A DNA stretch of 26,987 bases from a virus (IMGVR_UViG_3300032281_000325:1-26987), one strand, 5' to 3'; counted from the first letter of the stretch, positions 8,105-18,400 are shown. Program-made: numbers and translations. Notes: generated by a model from the sequence alone, not told the origin.

Positions 8105-8362
8105 ATGGGTAATCTAAAACCAGGCGCAACTTATATCTATGAAAGCTCAGACAGCGGTGAAACAGTCTATGCCCGAGAGATGGGTGCGCCACCAGAATCT
8201 CGTGTAATGATTGGACAAAGTTGGTTAGCTAAAGAACAGATAGAAAAGCGTATGTGGGCTGACATATATTCAAAAAAAAACTTGAATCCGGCATTGACAG
8301 AAGCCGTAGAAAAATGTATAATTATATATAAGCTCTCAGAGGATTATAAAGATGGCATTTAA
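8105..8362 (+). CDS. hypothetical protein (85 aa)
   Basis: Tightly packed ORF in the operon. Confidence 0.75.
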   Translation: MGNLKPGATYIYESSDSGETVYAREMGAPPESRVMIGQSWLAKEQIEKRMWADIYSKKNLNPALTEAVEKCIIIYKLSEDYKDGI

Positions 8363-8591
8363 CCCAGACCAATTTAAACAGAAAAAGAAACGAGCAGTAG
8401 ATCCTAATGCACCACCACGCCCAAATCTAATGAGTCATGACAAGACTATCCGTGAAGGTCAACAGGCATTCACACAATTAGAAGATCGTGTGCATAGACA
8501 AGCAGATGAATTGGAAACACTAAAAAACAAATATGCTGACTTACAGCAAAGCGTAGCACAAATACTTAACTACTTACGCAAAGGTCGCTAG
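8352..8591 (+). CDS. small coiled-coil protein
   Basis: Basic N-terminus and heptad pattern LEDRVHRQADELETLKNKYADLQQSV. Confidence 0.7.
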   Translation: MAFNPDQFKQKKKRAVDPNAPPRPNLMSHDKTIREGQQAFTQLEDRVHRQADELETLKNKYADLQQSVAQILNYLRKGR

Positions 8592-9061
8592 TGAGTAATT
8601 CAGATCCATTATATATTGGCAATGAAATGGCGGCATTTGATCGCAAGGATCGTGCGTACTATGACAAGTTTACAGATGAACAACGTAAAAGTTTTTCAAC
8701 TTATCTCATGCTGAAGTATGGTGCTAATGTTGGTGGTAGTGCAGACATGCAGGCCTATTATCTAATGGCCACTAACGAGTGTGTAAATAAACACTTCTTT
8801 GATATCAATAAACATCCTAAACTACAGTGGTTGGCCTGCACATCAGTTAGTCCGGCAATGGGTAATCAATTTCATTATTGGTTAAAAGCAAAGAAAAAAG
8901 AAGGAGACAATAAAAGTCAGAAGTTTTTGGCTAAAATATATCCTAATATGAAACAAGATGAAATAGAACTAATGGCAAAAATTAATGATGTAAAAAGTAT
9001 AAAAGATCTAGCAAAAAAAATGGGAATAGAAGATAAAGATATCAAAAAGGATTTAGGTTGA
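8591..9061 (+). CDS. putative clamp-loader small subunit (T4 gp62-like)
   Basis: Size, replication context and pattern (FSTYLM...MATNE...HYWLK...KFLAKIY) recall gp62. GTG start. Confidence 0.5.
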   Translation: MSNSDPLYIGNEMAAFDRKDRAYYDKFTDEQRKSFSTYLMLKYGANVGGSADMQAYYLMATNECVNKHFFDINKHPKLQWLACTSVSPAMGNQFHYWLKAKKKEGDNKSQKFLAKIYPNMKQDEIELMAKINDVKSIKDLAKKMGIEDKDIKKDLG

Positions 9062-9768
9062 AACATTTAGTGATAAACGGTTGCAGTTACGGCCGTTCAT
9101 GGACTAATGCTACTCAATTGTCTGAACGATTAGCAGTAGATAAAATGTTTAATTTATCACGTCCGGGTTCTTCCAATGATCGCATATTAAGAACTACATT
9201 TGAATATGTAATAAGAAATCCTGATGTTGATTTTATTATTATCATGTTAACTCACAGTACACGATATGAAGGTCCATGGAGAATCAATAGGGGTACAGAA
9301 GAAGGTGATTGGATCAGCTACTCGCCTACAGGTATATCAATCAATTGTCGAGATGATGAAGTTAATATAGATACAGAAGTTGTAGAAACTAAATTTATAA
9401 AGAATAAGTATGTCTATGATCACAATCATGCTTATGTAGAAAAAACTCTAATAAATTTATTCTTATTAATCAATTGGTTAGATTCTTTAAATATCAATTA
9501 TTGTATTTTTAATACCTGTGATAACATTTATAAAGAACCAGGATTTATAAATGTACAATCTTTTAAATCTAAGTTAGATCTTATATCAAAAAATAAAAAA
9601 GTAATTGACTTGTTAACTTTTATATCAAATCAATGGATGTACGATCAAGGCGCGATAATTCCGAATTCAGAAATTGGAATAGATCCCAGAATCGTGCATT
9701 ACGGTAAAGATGGATATACATTATTAAATGATTTCTTGTATAATTATATCAATGAATACTGTTTATGA
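9058..9768 (+). CDS. SGNH/GDSL hydrolase-like protein
   Basis: Block I GCSY, block II NLSRPGSSN, C-terminal His (IVHYG). TTG start overlapping the upstream stop. Confidence 0.65.
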   Translation: MKHLVINGCSYGRSWTNATQLSERLAVDKMFNLSRPGSSNDRILRTTFEYVIRNPDVDFIIIMLTHSTRYEGPWRINRGTEEGDWISYSPTGISINCRDDEVNIDTEVVETKFIKNKYVYDHNHAYVEKTLINLFLLINWLDSLNINYCIFNTCDNIYKEPGFINVQSFKSKLDLISKNKKVIDLLTFISNQWMYDQGAIIPNSEIGIDPRIVHYGKDGYTLLNDFLYNYINEYCL

Positions 9769-10511
9769 TAGATGAAATTTTAACTACTTGGCAAGAAGGA
9801 CAAGATTTAGTGGAAACAAAATTAGGTCCATATTATAAGTGTCGCTATTGTAGTAAAGAGTTCCGTAAGGAATCAACCCTTGCTGCGCACCTTTGCGAAG
9901 AAAAAAGACGCTGGCAGGAAGAAAAAGAAACTGGCGTACAGTTTGGACTTCAGGCATATCTACGCTTCTATGAGCTAACACAGGGCTCAGCCAAGATGAA
10001 ATCATATGAGGATTTTGTTAAGAGTCCTTATTATAAGGCCTTTGTCAAATTTGGTCGTCACATGGTAGGTATCCGGGCTGTTAATCCAAAGATGTTTATA
10101 GACTATGTAATCAAAGAAAATAAAAAACTTGATCATTGGACACATGAACGAGTTTACTTAGAATATCTTAAAACATACATGCGTAAAGAAGCTGTCCAAG
10201 ATGCTCTTGAACGTGCCCTAAAGGAGATGCAGGATTATGCAGACGAACATGGAGAGTTTAAAAATGGATTTAGTGATTATTTTAGGTTTGGCAATCCTAA
10301 TCGCGTGTGTCATCACATCGCTAATGGTAGGGTTAGTCCTTGGATTGTGTTTAATTGCGATACCGGTGTTGACTTTCTTGATGCTCTTAATGATGATCAA
10401 ATTGGTCTTATTCTTCCTTGGATAGATCCAGAATATTGGCAACAGAAATTTAAAGATTATGTGGCGGACACTGAATGGGTAAAACAAATATTGAAGGAGG
10501 CGAACTTATGA
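9765..10511 (+). CDS. Zn-finger protein, probable gp59-like helicase loader
   Basis: N-terminal YKCRYCSKEFRKESTLAAHLC (C2H2/C2HC-type finger). The helical remainder resembles T4 gp59 by eye. Confidence 0.55.
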   Translation: MIDEILTTWQEGQDLVETKLGPYYKCRYCSKEFRKESTLAAHLCEEKRRWQEEKETGVQFGLQAYLRFYELTQGSAKMKSYEDFVKSPYYKAFVKFGRHMVGIRAVNPKMFIDYVIKENKKLDHWTHERVYLEYLKTYMRKEAVQDALERALKEMQDYADEHGEFKNGFSDYFRFGNPNRVCHHIANGRVSPWIVFNCDTGVDFLDALNDDQIGLILPWIDPEYWQQKFKDYVADTEWVKQILKEANL

Positions 10512-10729
10512 TCGCTGATGAATTACGAGAGTTATTTGATGAACTCAAGACTGAACTTATATTATTGCGTGCAGATGTTATATTAATCAATCACGATATT
10601 ACAAAAGTACGTGAACAATTAGATAAAATTGAACAAGGCATTTATGTACAGAATCAGGAACCTATAGGTATCGCACCAGGTACCCCACCGGCAACTTTTA
10701 TACCTCCAGGTAGCATGAATGAATTTTAA
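10508..10729 (+). CDS. small coiled-coil protein with Pro-rich tail (73 aa)
   Basis: AAGGAGG RBS at 10494-10500 and an ATGA overlap support the start at 10508. Confidence 0.7.
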   Translation: MIADELRELFDELKTELILLRADVILINHDITKVREQLDKIEQGIYVQNQEPIGIAPGTPPATFIPPGSMNEF

Positions 10730-11291
10730 GTCAGATATTGATATAGATCTTGCTGATCGTCAACAGGTATTAGACTTGTTGAACGTCATCCCAGCTAGCA
10801 TTATCCGTGATGGTAAATTAACTCGACACAATACGGGTATATATGCTACCGATATACCTGTAGATCCATTCTCGGGATCAGCTAGTTTGGATTATCAGGC
10901 CGCAGAAGATCGTGGATATATGAAACTAGATTTGCTGAACGTTCATGTATATAAACAAGTTAAGAGTGAAGAACACTTAATTAAACTCATGCAAGAACCT
11001 GATTGGGCTAAATTGTATGATCCCGCAATATGTGCGCGGTTAATTCACATCAACAATCACTACGATACTTTACTTAGAATGCCTGAACCTGTGGATACTA
11101 TTCCTAGACTGGCTATGTTTTTAGCAGTTATACGTCCAGGTAAACGCCATTTAATTGGTAAGACATGGAAAGATGTCAGTGTTACTGTATGGGATAAGGT
11201 CGAGGGTGAATATAGTTTTAAGAAAGCACACGCGATCGCCTATGCTCAACTAGTAGTGGTAAATCTTAACTTACTTTGCGAACAAGTGTAA
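10719..11291 (+). CDS. dnaE: minimal DNA polymerase III alpha (DnaE, family C) catalytic-core protein
   Basis: Motifs in order: SDIDID (cf. PDxDxD), RHNTGIY (cf. HAxGVV), GYMKLDLL (cf. KxDxLG), LAVIRPG (cf. ALYRPG), YSFKKAHAIAYA (cf. YGFNKSHAAAY). Confidence 0.8.
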   Translation: MNFKSDIDIDLADRQQVLDLLNVIPASIIRDGKLTRHNTGIYATDIPVDPFSGSASLDYQAAEDRGYMKLDLLNVHVYKQVKSEEHLIKLMQEPDWAKLYDPAICARLIHINNHYDTLLRMPEPVDTIPRLAMFLAVIRPGKRHLIGKTWKDVSVTVWDKVEGEYSFKKAHAIAYAQLVVVNLNLLCEQV

Positions 11292-11640
11292 TACTACGAC
11301 GCTTTGATCTCTTATTTGATATTTCTTTAAGGCTGATGTAAGGACCGTGTTTGATTTCCACGTCCTTGCTGTTAAATGTTTTCAAACAAACCCTAAACTC
11401 TACCCAATCCTGCTTTAAAAACACGTTGATAGGCACCAGTCTATTGCTTTCCCACCACCATTGATCCGCTAGTTCTAAGTATGCTGTCTTCTGTGCTAGG
11501 GTGCGTAGAGCCGCATAGTCATAGATAGTTGTAATAACTTCGTCTGAATTTTGGATGATACCGATATAATCGTTACCGCCATAGGTTATATAGCTGATAA
11601 ACGGGTATTGATCTAAGAGTTTCTTGTAGCTATCTTCCAT
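11266..11640 (-). CDS. hypothetical protein (124 aa), only credible minus-strand gene
   Basis: Fills a gap with no + strand ORF, has protein-like composition and a basic C-terminus, and has a late promoter upstream on the minus strand. Confidence 0.8.
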   Translation of the reverse strand: MEDSYKKLLDQYPFISYITYGGNDYIGIIQNSDEVITTIYDYAALRTLAQKTAYLELADQWWWESNRLVPINVFLKQDWVEFRVCLKTFNSKDVEIKHGPYISLKEISNKRSKRRSITLVRKVS

Positions 11641-11647
11641 GTGTACC

Positions 11648-11664
11648 GCGATAAATATACTAAA
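11648..11664 (+). promoter_or_regulatory. T4-like late promoter
   Basis: GCGATAAATATACTAAA contains the TAAATA core and is identical to 24654-24670. It precedes the structural genes. Confidence 0.75.
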
Positions 11665-11678
11665 GGATCAAAGCAAAA

Positions 11679-12173
11679 GTGCCAATAATCACAAGTTATT
11701 TATATGAAAATAAGTTCACCGTCCAAATTCTGGAAGATGATCCTACAATTAAAACGAGGAACCGTGTCGTGTATCAAAGACCAATCGAAATCTACCGTGG
11801 TGCAGATAACCCTATAACTATCTTTTTTAAGAATCAAGATCAAAAAGCCGCTAATATCGCCGGTGTTACATTCCAAGGGTACATCATTGATTACTTAAAA
11901 GGCAATGTAGTAGCCAACGTGGCAGTTACTATCAGTAACGTGTCAGCGGCCACAGCCAACGTCATGCTCACTGATACATTCTTAAATACCTTACCTCAAA
12001 ACAAATACAAACTGGCATTCTTAAAGAGTGATGGCACATTTAATACTCCTGTGTATGCTGATGATAATTTTAAAGTCTATGCAGAACTTAATGTTAATCC
12101 AGCTTATAACACAGACATGTTTACTACCAGCACCACAGACTACAGTGGTGACGTTGATCTAGGCACAATATAA
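11679..12173 (+). CDS. virion structural protein, Ig-like (BppU N-terminal-like) domain
   Basis: IEIYRGADNPITIFFKNQDQK pattern, beta-rich composition, position at the head of the fibre cassette. GTG start after AAGGA. Confidence 0.6.
   Translation: MPIITSYLYENKFTVQILEDDPTIKTRNRVVYQRPIEIYRGADNPITIFFKNQDQKAANIAGVTFQGYIIDYLKGNVVANVAVTISNVSAATANVMLTDTFLNTLPQNKYKLAFLKSDGTFNTPVYADDNFKVYAELNVNPAYNTDMFTTSTTDYSGDVDLGTI
11697..11704 (-). promoter_or_regulatory. T4-consensus late promoter TATAAATA on the minus strand
   Basis: Plus-strand TATTTATA lies about 57 nt upstream of the minus-strand ATG at 11640, embedded in the codons for SYLY. Confidence 0.6.
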
Positions 12174-14627
12174 ATGGCATATCCTTCACCACGCAGGCTA
12201 CAATTAAGACGAGGTAACGCAGCTGCGATCGCTAGTTATCTAGGCTACACAGGAGAACTAGTAGTTAATACTAGTGCCTGGACCTTATACGTGCATGATG
12301 GTGTCACTGTGGGTGGATATGCGGCCACAGTAAACACAGCAGTAATCACAACTCAAATAACATCCGTAAATGCAAACATAACCATAGCCAACGTGGGCAT
12401 GAAAGGCTACGTTGATCAAGGCAATAGTATACAAGCGGCAGCTATCACCAGTTCTAACATAGGTATGCGTGGATATGTTGATGCAACTATCAGGGCTAAT
12501 ATCGCTAATATAGCAGTAGCATCAACATACAGTAATGTTAATGTACGTACATACCTAGGTTCATTTGACGGTAACATCATTCCCAGTGCTAACAATGTTT
12601 ACAGTCTAGGTAGCGTAACCAACCAATGGAAAGATTTGTTTGTCAGCAACAATACGATTTATGTGGGCGGAGTTCCTCTAGGCATCGATGCCACAGGTAA
12701 TCTTACAGTCAATGGCAACGTTATTCCTACTATAAGTTATGTTAATACTGTAGTTGCTAATGTCGTTGTTGATCTAAGTTCTTATGCCCTGAATGCTAAT
12801 GTCACAGCGGCCAATGTAGGACTAAAAGGTTATGTAGATCAAGCTAACACGATCCAAGGTGCGCAACTTACATCTGCGAACTTAGGTATCATTGGCTACA
12901 TAGACCAAGCCAACACTATTCAGTCAGCACAGATTTCTGCAGCCAACGTTGGGTTAAAAGGCTATGTAGATCAAGCCAACTCAATACAGTCAGCGCAGGT
13001 GGGTGCAGCTAATCTTGCTATCACAGCGGCCAATGTAGGCATGAAGGGCTACGTCGATAGTCAATCATTCTACAGTAACGTTAAGGTAGCGACATACCTA
13101 CCAACATATGATGGCAATATTGCGGCTAACATTAGCAAAGCAGGCTACACTTGGACCTTTGGCACAGGTGGTACTACACAATTTCCTAATAGCTTAATAC
13201 TAGCACCAGTTAGTCAAAGTATCACTATGCAGAGTGATCAATATTCACAGTTGATGTGGGAAAACGCTAATCTAACCGTGGCCCCAAATATGGCTATTAA
13301 CTCAAACTTCTATGTAGCACAAAACAGTGCTACTTTGGACATTGGCTATCGCGACGGTAGTAGTACCCAACTAATCAAATCGTGGTATTGGAGTGTAGAT
13401 GGCAATCTAAAATTACCAAGCGGTGGATATATCCTTAACAGTGACGATTCAATCTATGGTGCCGGTAGTAGTTACAGCAACGTTGAAGTTGCCACATACT
13501 TACAGTCAGGCAATATCGCCAACGTCTCAGTGGCAGGTAATGTAACCGCTACTTACTTTGTAGGTAATGGTGCATTCTTAACTGGTGTCGTAGGCAGTGC
13601 TAGTAACTATGGCAACATTGATGTAAAAGCCTTCTTAGGAACCGATGCTGGATTTGCTGATGGGTATCAGCGTGTGATCGAAGGTTACTATGCTAACATA
13701 ATACTTGGTGATACTACAAAATTATTTTCATATGGCAGTAGTGCAAAATCTTATTTTGGTCATGAAGGTTCAGGTAATACACAGATAAACTATGTTCGCG
13801 CAGACAATGGTGATGTTAGGATAGCGACCAACAACGCAGCTTATACCTGGATATTTGATAATGGTGGTAATCTAACATTATCAGGCAATACATTCTCAGT
13901 TAATTATGCTAACGGCACACCAGTCACATTTAGTAGTAGTAGTTACAGCAACGTCCAAGTAGCCGCATATCTAAACACACAGGGCTACAACTTATATTCA
14001 AACGTTAACGTAGCAAGTTATCTAAGCACAGCTACTATCAACACCACAGGTAATATTACAGCCGCAAACTTTGTAGGTAATATTTCAATCACAGGCAATG
14101 TAACAGGCACAAGTGCTAATGTAACTTTGGTAGCTGGTAGTTATAGTTCAATCTTTGATAATCAAGGCAATGTAACAGTACCTCGACTATTTACAGCTGG
14201 CAATATACAAACAGCAGGTTACTTCGTTGGTAACGGCACACTCTTAACTGGTGTTGCTATCAAAACAACTGGTAGCTGGACAGTGCCTACAGGCAACAGC
14301 ACCCAGAGTTTCACTGTTCCAACAAGTGGTACATATCAGTTGTGGGTTGATTGCAATATCCCCAATGGTATCTTGGCTTGGAATGCCATTGCCACGGTAA
14401 CCAACAGCAATGTGCCTGTGGTAGGTCAGCAATTTGCTTGGGTCTACAACGGTGGTGGAACGCCCATCGACTTTACCAGCATACCTAATCAGTTTGTGGG
14501 CACTGGAAACACCATAGTTCGTAGCAGTGTTTCTCCAAGTGTAACTACCAATAGATTTGACTTTGGTATCAACAACACCAGCGGTGGTAATGTTACTGTG
14601 TCATACGGTTATGTCAAGATATCATGA
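12174..14627 (+). CDS. tail fibre-like protein with Mtd-type N-terminal domain
   Basis: N-terminus LQLRRG...GELVVNT...LYVHDGVTVGG, KGYVD and YSNVxV repeats, rich in G/N/T/S. Confidence 0.8.
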   Translation: MAYPSPRRLQLRRGNAAAIASYLGYTGELVVNTSAWTLYVHDGVTVGGYAATVNTAVITTQITSVNANITIANVGMKGYVDQGNSIQAAAITSSNIGMRGYVDATIRANIANIAVASTYSNVNVRTYLGSFDGNIIPSANNVYSLGSVTNQWKDLFVSNNTIYVGGVPLGIDATGNLTVNGNVIPTISYVNTVVANVVVDLSSYALNANVTAANVGLKGYVDQANTIQGAQLTSANLGIIGYIDQANTIQSAQISAANVGLKGYVDQANSIQSAQVGAANLAITAANVGMKGYVDSQSFYSNVKVATYLPTYDGNIAANISKAGYTWTFGTGGTTQFPNSLILAPVSQSITMQSDQYSQLMWENANLTVAPNMAINSNFYVAQNSATLDIGYRDGSSTQLIKSWYWSVDGNLKLPSGGYILNSDDSIYGAGSSYSNVEVATYLQSGNIANVSVAGNVTATYFVGNGAFLTGVVGSASNYGNIDVKAFLGTDAGFADGYQRVIEGYYANIILGDTTKLFSYGSSAKSYFGHEGSGNTQINYVRADNGDVRIATNNAAYTWIFDNGGNLTLSGNTFSVNYANGTPVTFSSSSYSNVQVAAYLNTQGYNLYSNVNVASYLSTATINTTGNITAANFVGNISITGNVTGTSANVTLVAGSYSSIFDNQGNVTVPRLFTAGNIQTAGYFVGNGTLLTGVAIKTTGSWTVPTGNSTQSFTVPTSGTYQLWVDCNIPNGILAWNAIATVTNSNVPVVGQQFAWVYNGGGTPIDFTSIPNQFVGTGNTIVRSSVSPSVTTNRFDFGINNTSGGNVTVSYGYVKIS

Positions 14628-15361
14628 TAATCCAAGGTGTAACACTTAACGGAGTATATGTGGTAGATACACTGCCGTCTGCGGTCACAGCTAACCTTGT
14701 GATGAGTTTAGATGCGGGAGTGACATCAAGTTATCCAGGATCAGGAACCGCTTGGACTGATACTGTTGGAAGCAAAGTATTTACTTTAGCAGGCACTATC
14801 GGTGCACCAACATATAGTTCATCCAATGGTGGATACATAAACTTCACTGCCTCCGCTGGGCACTATGGTTCGGCCACAAGTTTTGCTTCGGTCTTATCTA
14901 CATACACGGTGGAAGTATGGCATCTGTTCAACGGCACATCAACTGGTGCCGCACCTGTGTTATTTGGCGAAGGTCGAGCATCTTATAGTAATTTCATGGT
15001 AGGAACAGGGGCTGTAACATCGCCACTTAAAATACAGGGTGGATTTTGGAACGGTGCTTGGCAACAAGGCACGAGCAATCCAGGTGATTACTTCCAACCC
15101 TCAAATGGTTGGTATCAATTTGTCAATACCTACGATGGCGCAGAGATCAAGTTCTATGCCAATAACATACTACGAATAACCAAAACTCCCAGCGACTTTA
15201 CGATAGGACGCAGTGGACTTGGTCTGAACATAATGCGCCGCCAAGATGTGCTTAACTACTGGGGCGGCGGAGTGAGCATTATTAGAGTGTATGATCGTGC
15301 CCTGACAGCAGAAGAAATCAACACCAATTACCAAGCAGCGAGAACCAGACACGGATTATAA
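14624..15361 (+). CDS. LamG/concanavalin A-like lectin domain protein
   Basis: LDAG...SYPGSGTAW, YTVEVW, WYQFVNTYDG, IRVYDRALTAEEI are typical phage LamG motifs. Translationally coupled to the fibre gene. Confidence 0.85.
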   Translation: MIIQGVTLNGVYVVDTLPSAVTANLVMSLDAGVTSSYPGSGTAWTDTVGSKVFTLAGTIGAPTYSSSNGGYINFTASAGHYGSATSFASVLSTYTVEVWHLFNGTSTGAAPVLFGEGRASYSNFMVGTGAVTSPLKIQGGFWNGAWQQGTSNPGDYFQPSNGWYQFVNTYDGAEIKFYANNILRITKTPSDFTIGRSGLGLNIMRRQDVLNYWGGGVSIIRVYDRALTAEEINTNYQAARTRHGL

Positions 15362-15374
15362 TACTGTAAAACTA

Positions 15375-15384
15375 ATAAATATAC
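15375..15384 (+). promoter_or_regulatory. T4-like late promoter
   Basis: ATAAATATAC, the same 10-mer as at 11651 and 24657. Confidence 0.7.
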
Positions 15385-15402
15385 AAATAACAGAGAAAAA
15401 CT

Positions 15403-18400
15403 ATGACGCAACAGATTATTAACATTGGTACAGGTCCTAGCACAGGTGATGGTGATCCGTTACGCACCGCGTTTAATGAAGTTAACAGTAATTTCACTGA
15501 ACTTTACGGCACAATCAATGGCCAAGCAGTAACTTTTTCTAACGTCAGTGGTGTTACTACCAGTTTAGGAAATGGTGCTACTTTTGATGTCATTAGATAT
15601 GTCAATAGTTACGCTCCTGTGATCAATCGAGCAGGTACTGGGTACAGCGTTGGCAATGTCATTACTATCTACGGTAACCTAATAGGCGGAGCATATTCTG
15701 CACAAGACTTGACTATCACAGTGGCCAGTCTAGGCAATGCTACATTAGGTAATATCGCAACAGTTACGTTTTCAGGAATTCCAGCACAGCCAGTGACATC
15801 AGTGGCTGGGCGTACAGGTAATGTTGTATTAACTGTAAATGATATCATTGGACTCAGCAATGCTTATGCTATTGCCAGTTCAACTGCCACTGCCAACGTA
15901 GCCATGCGTGGTTATGTTGACACTAAAATAGCCGCTAACATTGCCGCACTAATCAACGGTGCTCCAGGCGCACTAGACACCTTACAAGAACTTGCGGCTG
16001 CATTGGGTAATAATGCTAGTTTTTCTGCTACTATTATCAACAGTCTAGCCACTACTAATAGTAATCTCATATTATCCAATACCACAACAAGAGCTTATGT
16101 AGACGGACAAATTATTGCGGCCAACTCAGGCGTTGCATCAGCTGTGACATTGGCCAACACTGGCTTAAAAGGCTACGTTGATTACACTAACTCAGTACTA
16201 GGTACAGAAATTGCCACTGCTAACATTGGTTTAAAAGGTTATGTAGATCAAGCCAATACTATACAATCAGCACAGGTAAATGCGGCTAACCTAGCCATCA
16301 CAGCCGCTAACATTGGATTAAAAGGTTATGTAGATCAAGCCAATACTATACAATCAGCACAGGTAAATGCGGCTAACCTAGCCATCACAGCCGCCAATGT
16401 GGGATTAAAAGGTTATGTTGATTTTACTAATTCAGTACTAGGTACAGAAATCGCCACTGCTAACATTGGTTTAAAAGGTTATGTAGATCAAGCTAATAGC
16501 ATACAGTCAGCACAGATCGCGGCAGCTAACATTGGCCTAAAAGGCTACGTCGACCAAGCCAACACAATACAAAGTGCGCAACTTACATCTGCGAACTTGG
16601 GTATCATTGGTTACGTTGACCAAGCCAACACTATTCAGTCAGGTCAAATAGGAGCTGCAAATCTAGCTATAATTGCGGCTAACTTGGGTATGAAAGGTTA
16701 TGTTGACAGCGTGGCAACATTATCTATCTACAGTAACGTAAATGTCAAAGCCTATACTGAAACTATGGGCTTCCAAAACTACAGCAATGTCAATGTTGCG
16801 GCTTATGTGACCACAGCTAACTCAGCTATCTTAGGATATATTGATCTCGCCAATACTATACAATCAGCACAGGTAAATGCGGCTAATTTAGCTATCACTG
16901 CTGCCAACGTAGGTATGAAAGGCTATGTTGATAGTCAATCATTCTATAGTAACGCAAAAGTAGCTACATATTTACAAGCAGGTAATATCAGTAATGTTAG
17001 TCTAGCCGGCAATGTCACTGCTACATATTTCTTAGGTAATGGTGCGCTACTAACAGGTATTTCAGGTGGTGTCAGTAGTTACAGCAATGTCCAAGTGGCG
17101 ACTTACTTGCCAACATACAGTGGTAATATTGCTAATATCAGAATTGGTACATCAGGTGCATTGACATTCAGTGATGGCACGACACAGACCACAGCCAGTG
17201 CAGGTGGTGGCAGCAGTTACAGCAACGTCAACGTTGCGGCTTATTTAAACACAACTGGTTATAACTTATATTCAAACACTAATGTTATCGCATATTTAAA
17301 TGCCACTGGCTATAACTTATACAGCAACGCCAATGTAGCAAGTTATCTACCAACATATTCAGGTAACGTCGCCAACATCAGACTTGGTACATCAGGCATA
17401 TTGACATTCCCAGATGGTACTACGATGACTACTGCGGCCACAGGTGGTGGTAGCAGTTACGGTAATGCTAATGTCACTGCTTACACAGTTTCAATGGGCT
17501 TTACTAACTACAGTAACGTAAATGTATCAGCATTGATAACCACAAATGGATTGACTAATTATAGTAACGTCAACGTCAAAGCCTATGCTGAAACCATGGG
17601 TTATCAAAACTTTGGTAATGTTAATGTTGCGGCTTATGTGACCACAGCTAACTCAGCTATCATTGGTTATATCGATCTAGCCAATACTATACAATCAGCA
17701 CAGGTAAATGCGGCCAATTTGGCTATCACCGCAGCCAATTTGGGCATGAAAGGATATGTTGACAGTGTAGCTAGCCAGTCAATCTACGGTAATGGTAATG
17801 TTAAATCTTACCTAACACAGTTCGATGGCAACATCGTCCCCAGTGCAAATGTAACCTATAGCTTGGGTAACGTTACTAATCGATGGAAAGATCTATATCT
17901 CAGCGGTAATACTATATTCTTAGGTGATTCTACTATCACTACAGAAGGTGGTAGATTAGTTACCACAGGTGCGGCAATCAGCCCACCAACAGGTGCGGTT
18001 GGATTTGCTAATGTGCAACTTGAAGCACCTACAGATTTTGCCCAGATACGCAGTTATTATGTAGACAATAACTTTGGATATACTGCAAACTTAAAAAATT
18101 ATGCGTCAGCTCCTATAGTATGGGATGAACTAAGAAGTGCTAAATTTTATGAAAATAGTCTCATAATTGGAGGCGCTACACCAGGTTTTTCAGCATTAGA
18201 TACGTCAGGTGGTAGATTCGCCAATGCTGTTGCAACTATAGATGCCACTGGTAATATTGCCAGCTTGACTATCACAGATGGTGGCGTGGGCTATGATTCC
18301 TACTATCCATACTATGCAACAGATCCTACCGGTTATGACAGTAACCATATTGGGAGATCTTTCACAGGCGCCCCAACAGGCAAGAGCTATAGACGTATCA

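Noticed and set aside
10719-11291. dnaE pseudogene or intron/intein-split polymerase
   Set aside because: The ORF is uninterrupted, keeps the catalytic motifs and is coupled to its neighbours. No flanking DnaE remnants or intron-sized gaps are visible.
12174-14627. Diversity-generating retroelement suggested by the Mtd-type domain
   Set aside because: Only the N-terminal anchor resembles Mtd. There is no reverse transcriptase in the window, and the repeat pairs are in-frame coding copies whose mismatches are not confined to adenines.
16160-16950. CRISPR-like array
   Set aside because: The repeats are in frame, degenerate at codon third positions and lack unique spacers. No cas genes are present.
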